A stretch of DNA of 62,775 nucleotides, counting the filler, from Rhabdomonas costata (taxonomy: Eukaryota), in NCBI GenBank assembly GCA_019059605.1. It is 30 parts of 30 records of this genome, joined end to end, with 100 filler letters (N's around TTAATTAATTAA, not from the genome) between each part and the next. Parts side by side here need not be neighbours in the genome. Positions count along the whole stretch, not along the records: positions 60,782 to 62,775 come from JAHMHO010006628.1; 29 more parts are not named here. One strand, written 5' to 3'. A model generated the notes under the pieces. It had not been told where the DNA came from. It searched no databases and was given only the letters and a program-made list of their open reading frames with translations. Below are positions 61,753 to 62,775 of the stretch, in pieces. Positions within the stretch are counted from its first letter, which is position 1, and the number at the start of each line of letters is the position of its first letter. The translations under genes were made by a program, and so were the position numbers.

Positions 61753-62775
61753 GTTACCCCTCCCCCTCCGAGCTTCTCCAGTCCCCCACCTGCCGAAGGT
61801 CCGAGGCACTTTTCGCCTGTTTGTCGAACAACGGTTGACCACAGAGGGTTTATTGCACCGCTGCTCAGCAAGCTCTTCGATTCTGAAGACGCCAAAGATG
61901 TTTGGACGGGACCTCACACAAATGGTCTGTATCACTGTTCAGGCCTTCCTGCTCATGTATATTTTGCCCATGCTGCCCATTTACGCTCTTAATATATGGC
62001 CTTCTGTTTGACGGCAGGTGAGCGCTCCGCTGCCGCGGGGGCACTGCCCATTGCCGTGCCAGCCCGGCCTCACTCCCTTGCCCACACTCCACCGCATGGC
62101 CCGACATCCGCTGCGGTTTCAACGGGCACCCCTGCCGGAGGCTGGGGCGGGATTCTTACCCCTGCCGCCCGCAGCGCTGCTCCTGGGTTGCAGTGCAAGC
62201 CTCTCAGCTACGACCTGACTGGTGTGCCGAAACAAACAACACAGCATTTGAGGATGACTCCCTTGCTGTTGGCGGTGGGGTAGCCCTCGCTTTTGCTGTT
62301 TGTTCATCTCCGCGCACACCCAGGTGCCGCAGGTGCTCCCACCGAATGGGCAACAACAACACCTGCTCAGGAGGTGTGCGGGCGTAATTGTGGCAATAGT
62401 TTGCTGCGACAGGTCATGTGAGAAATAAGACAAGACAAGTTACACTTTCCATTTGTGAAGTTATCTGGCCACGTTGCGTCCCAAGAACGAATGTGCTTTA
62501 CTCTTCCTTTTTTCAGCTTGGAAGATAATGTGTGGCCCAGAATCGTTCACTGGTTGACAGTGAGGTTGACAAGATCAAAACTTGGAAAGCTGGAGCGAAT
62601 TTTTAGCGGAAAAGCCGAAAAATCACACTTTGGATTGGAAGATGTGCCAGTAGGTCCTCTTGCCATTGGGTGTGCGTTCTCGCAGAAGGGCTCTTCGGAG
62701 GACGCCGCCTGCCCTCTCGCGGACACAGTTCCCTATCGCCGCGCCGGGGCCCCTGCAGTGGACCCCCCACCAACC

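Overview
This window is not one locus. It is 30 unrelated ~2.0-kb contigs (about 1,994-2,001 bp, apparently length-sorted) joined by 29 artificial 100-bp spacers (N44-TTAATTAATTAA-N44, stops in all six frames), so adjacency across spacers is meaningless. Most contig ends carry G/T-only (5') or A/C-only (3') tails, and two carry a near-complete GenomePlex-type WGA primer, which points to a whole-genome-amplified, probably single-cell, library. About 28 contigs come from an intron-rich eukaryote with short GC-rich exons and GT-AG introns with degenerate donors. A euglenozoan (euglenid-like) host is my best inference, not a determination. Recognisable exon sets: amidase, RING-HC, CELF-like RRM, GPAT/DHAPAT, ABCG/PDR, CHD6-9-type remodeller, RBM26/27, DnaJ, rhodanese, C2, LRR, RanBP2 zinc finger, IBR+Ubl, an alkaline-phosphatase-family phosphodiesterase and a probable SZT2. 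Decayed CRE-like non-LTR retrotransposon pieces are scattered through non-coding DNA. Two contigs do not look like host. Contig 1 (1-1997) is very AT-rich, intronless and gene-dense like a giant virus, with a duplicated hairpin/promoter cassette that starts exactly 65 nt before both ATGs. Contig 3 (4195-6192) is a decayed intronless ORF with 17 strand-specific, frame-independent TCCAGA hexamers in about 1.5 kb. Also notable are a ~300-bp repeat lying just upstream of the 3' splice site in two unrelated genes, and two ~1.87-kb contigs with terminal direct repeats (circle or tandem unit). All family calls come from motif recognition by eye, without database searches.
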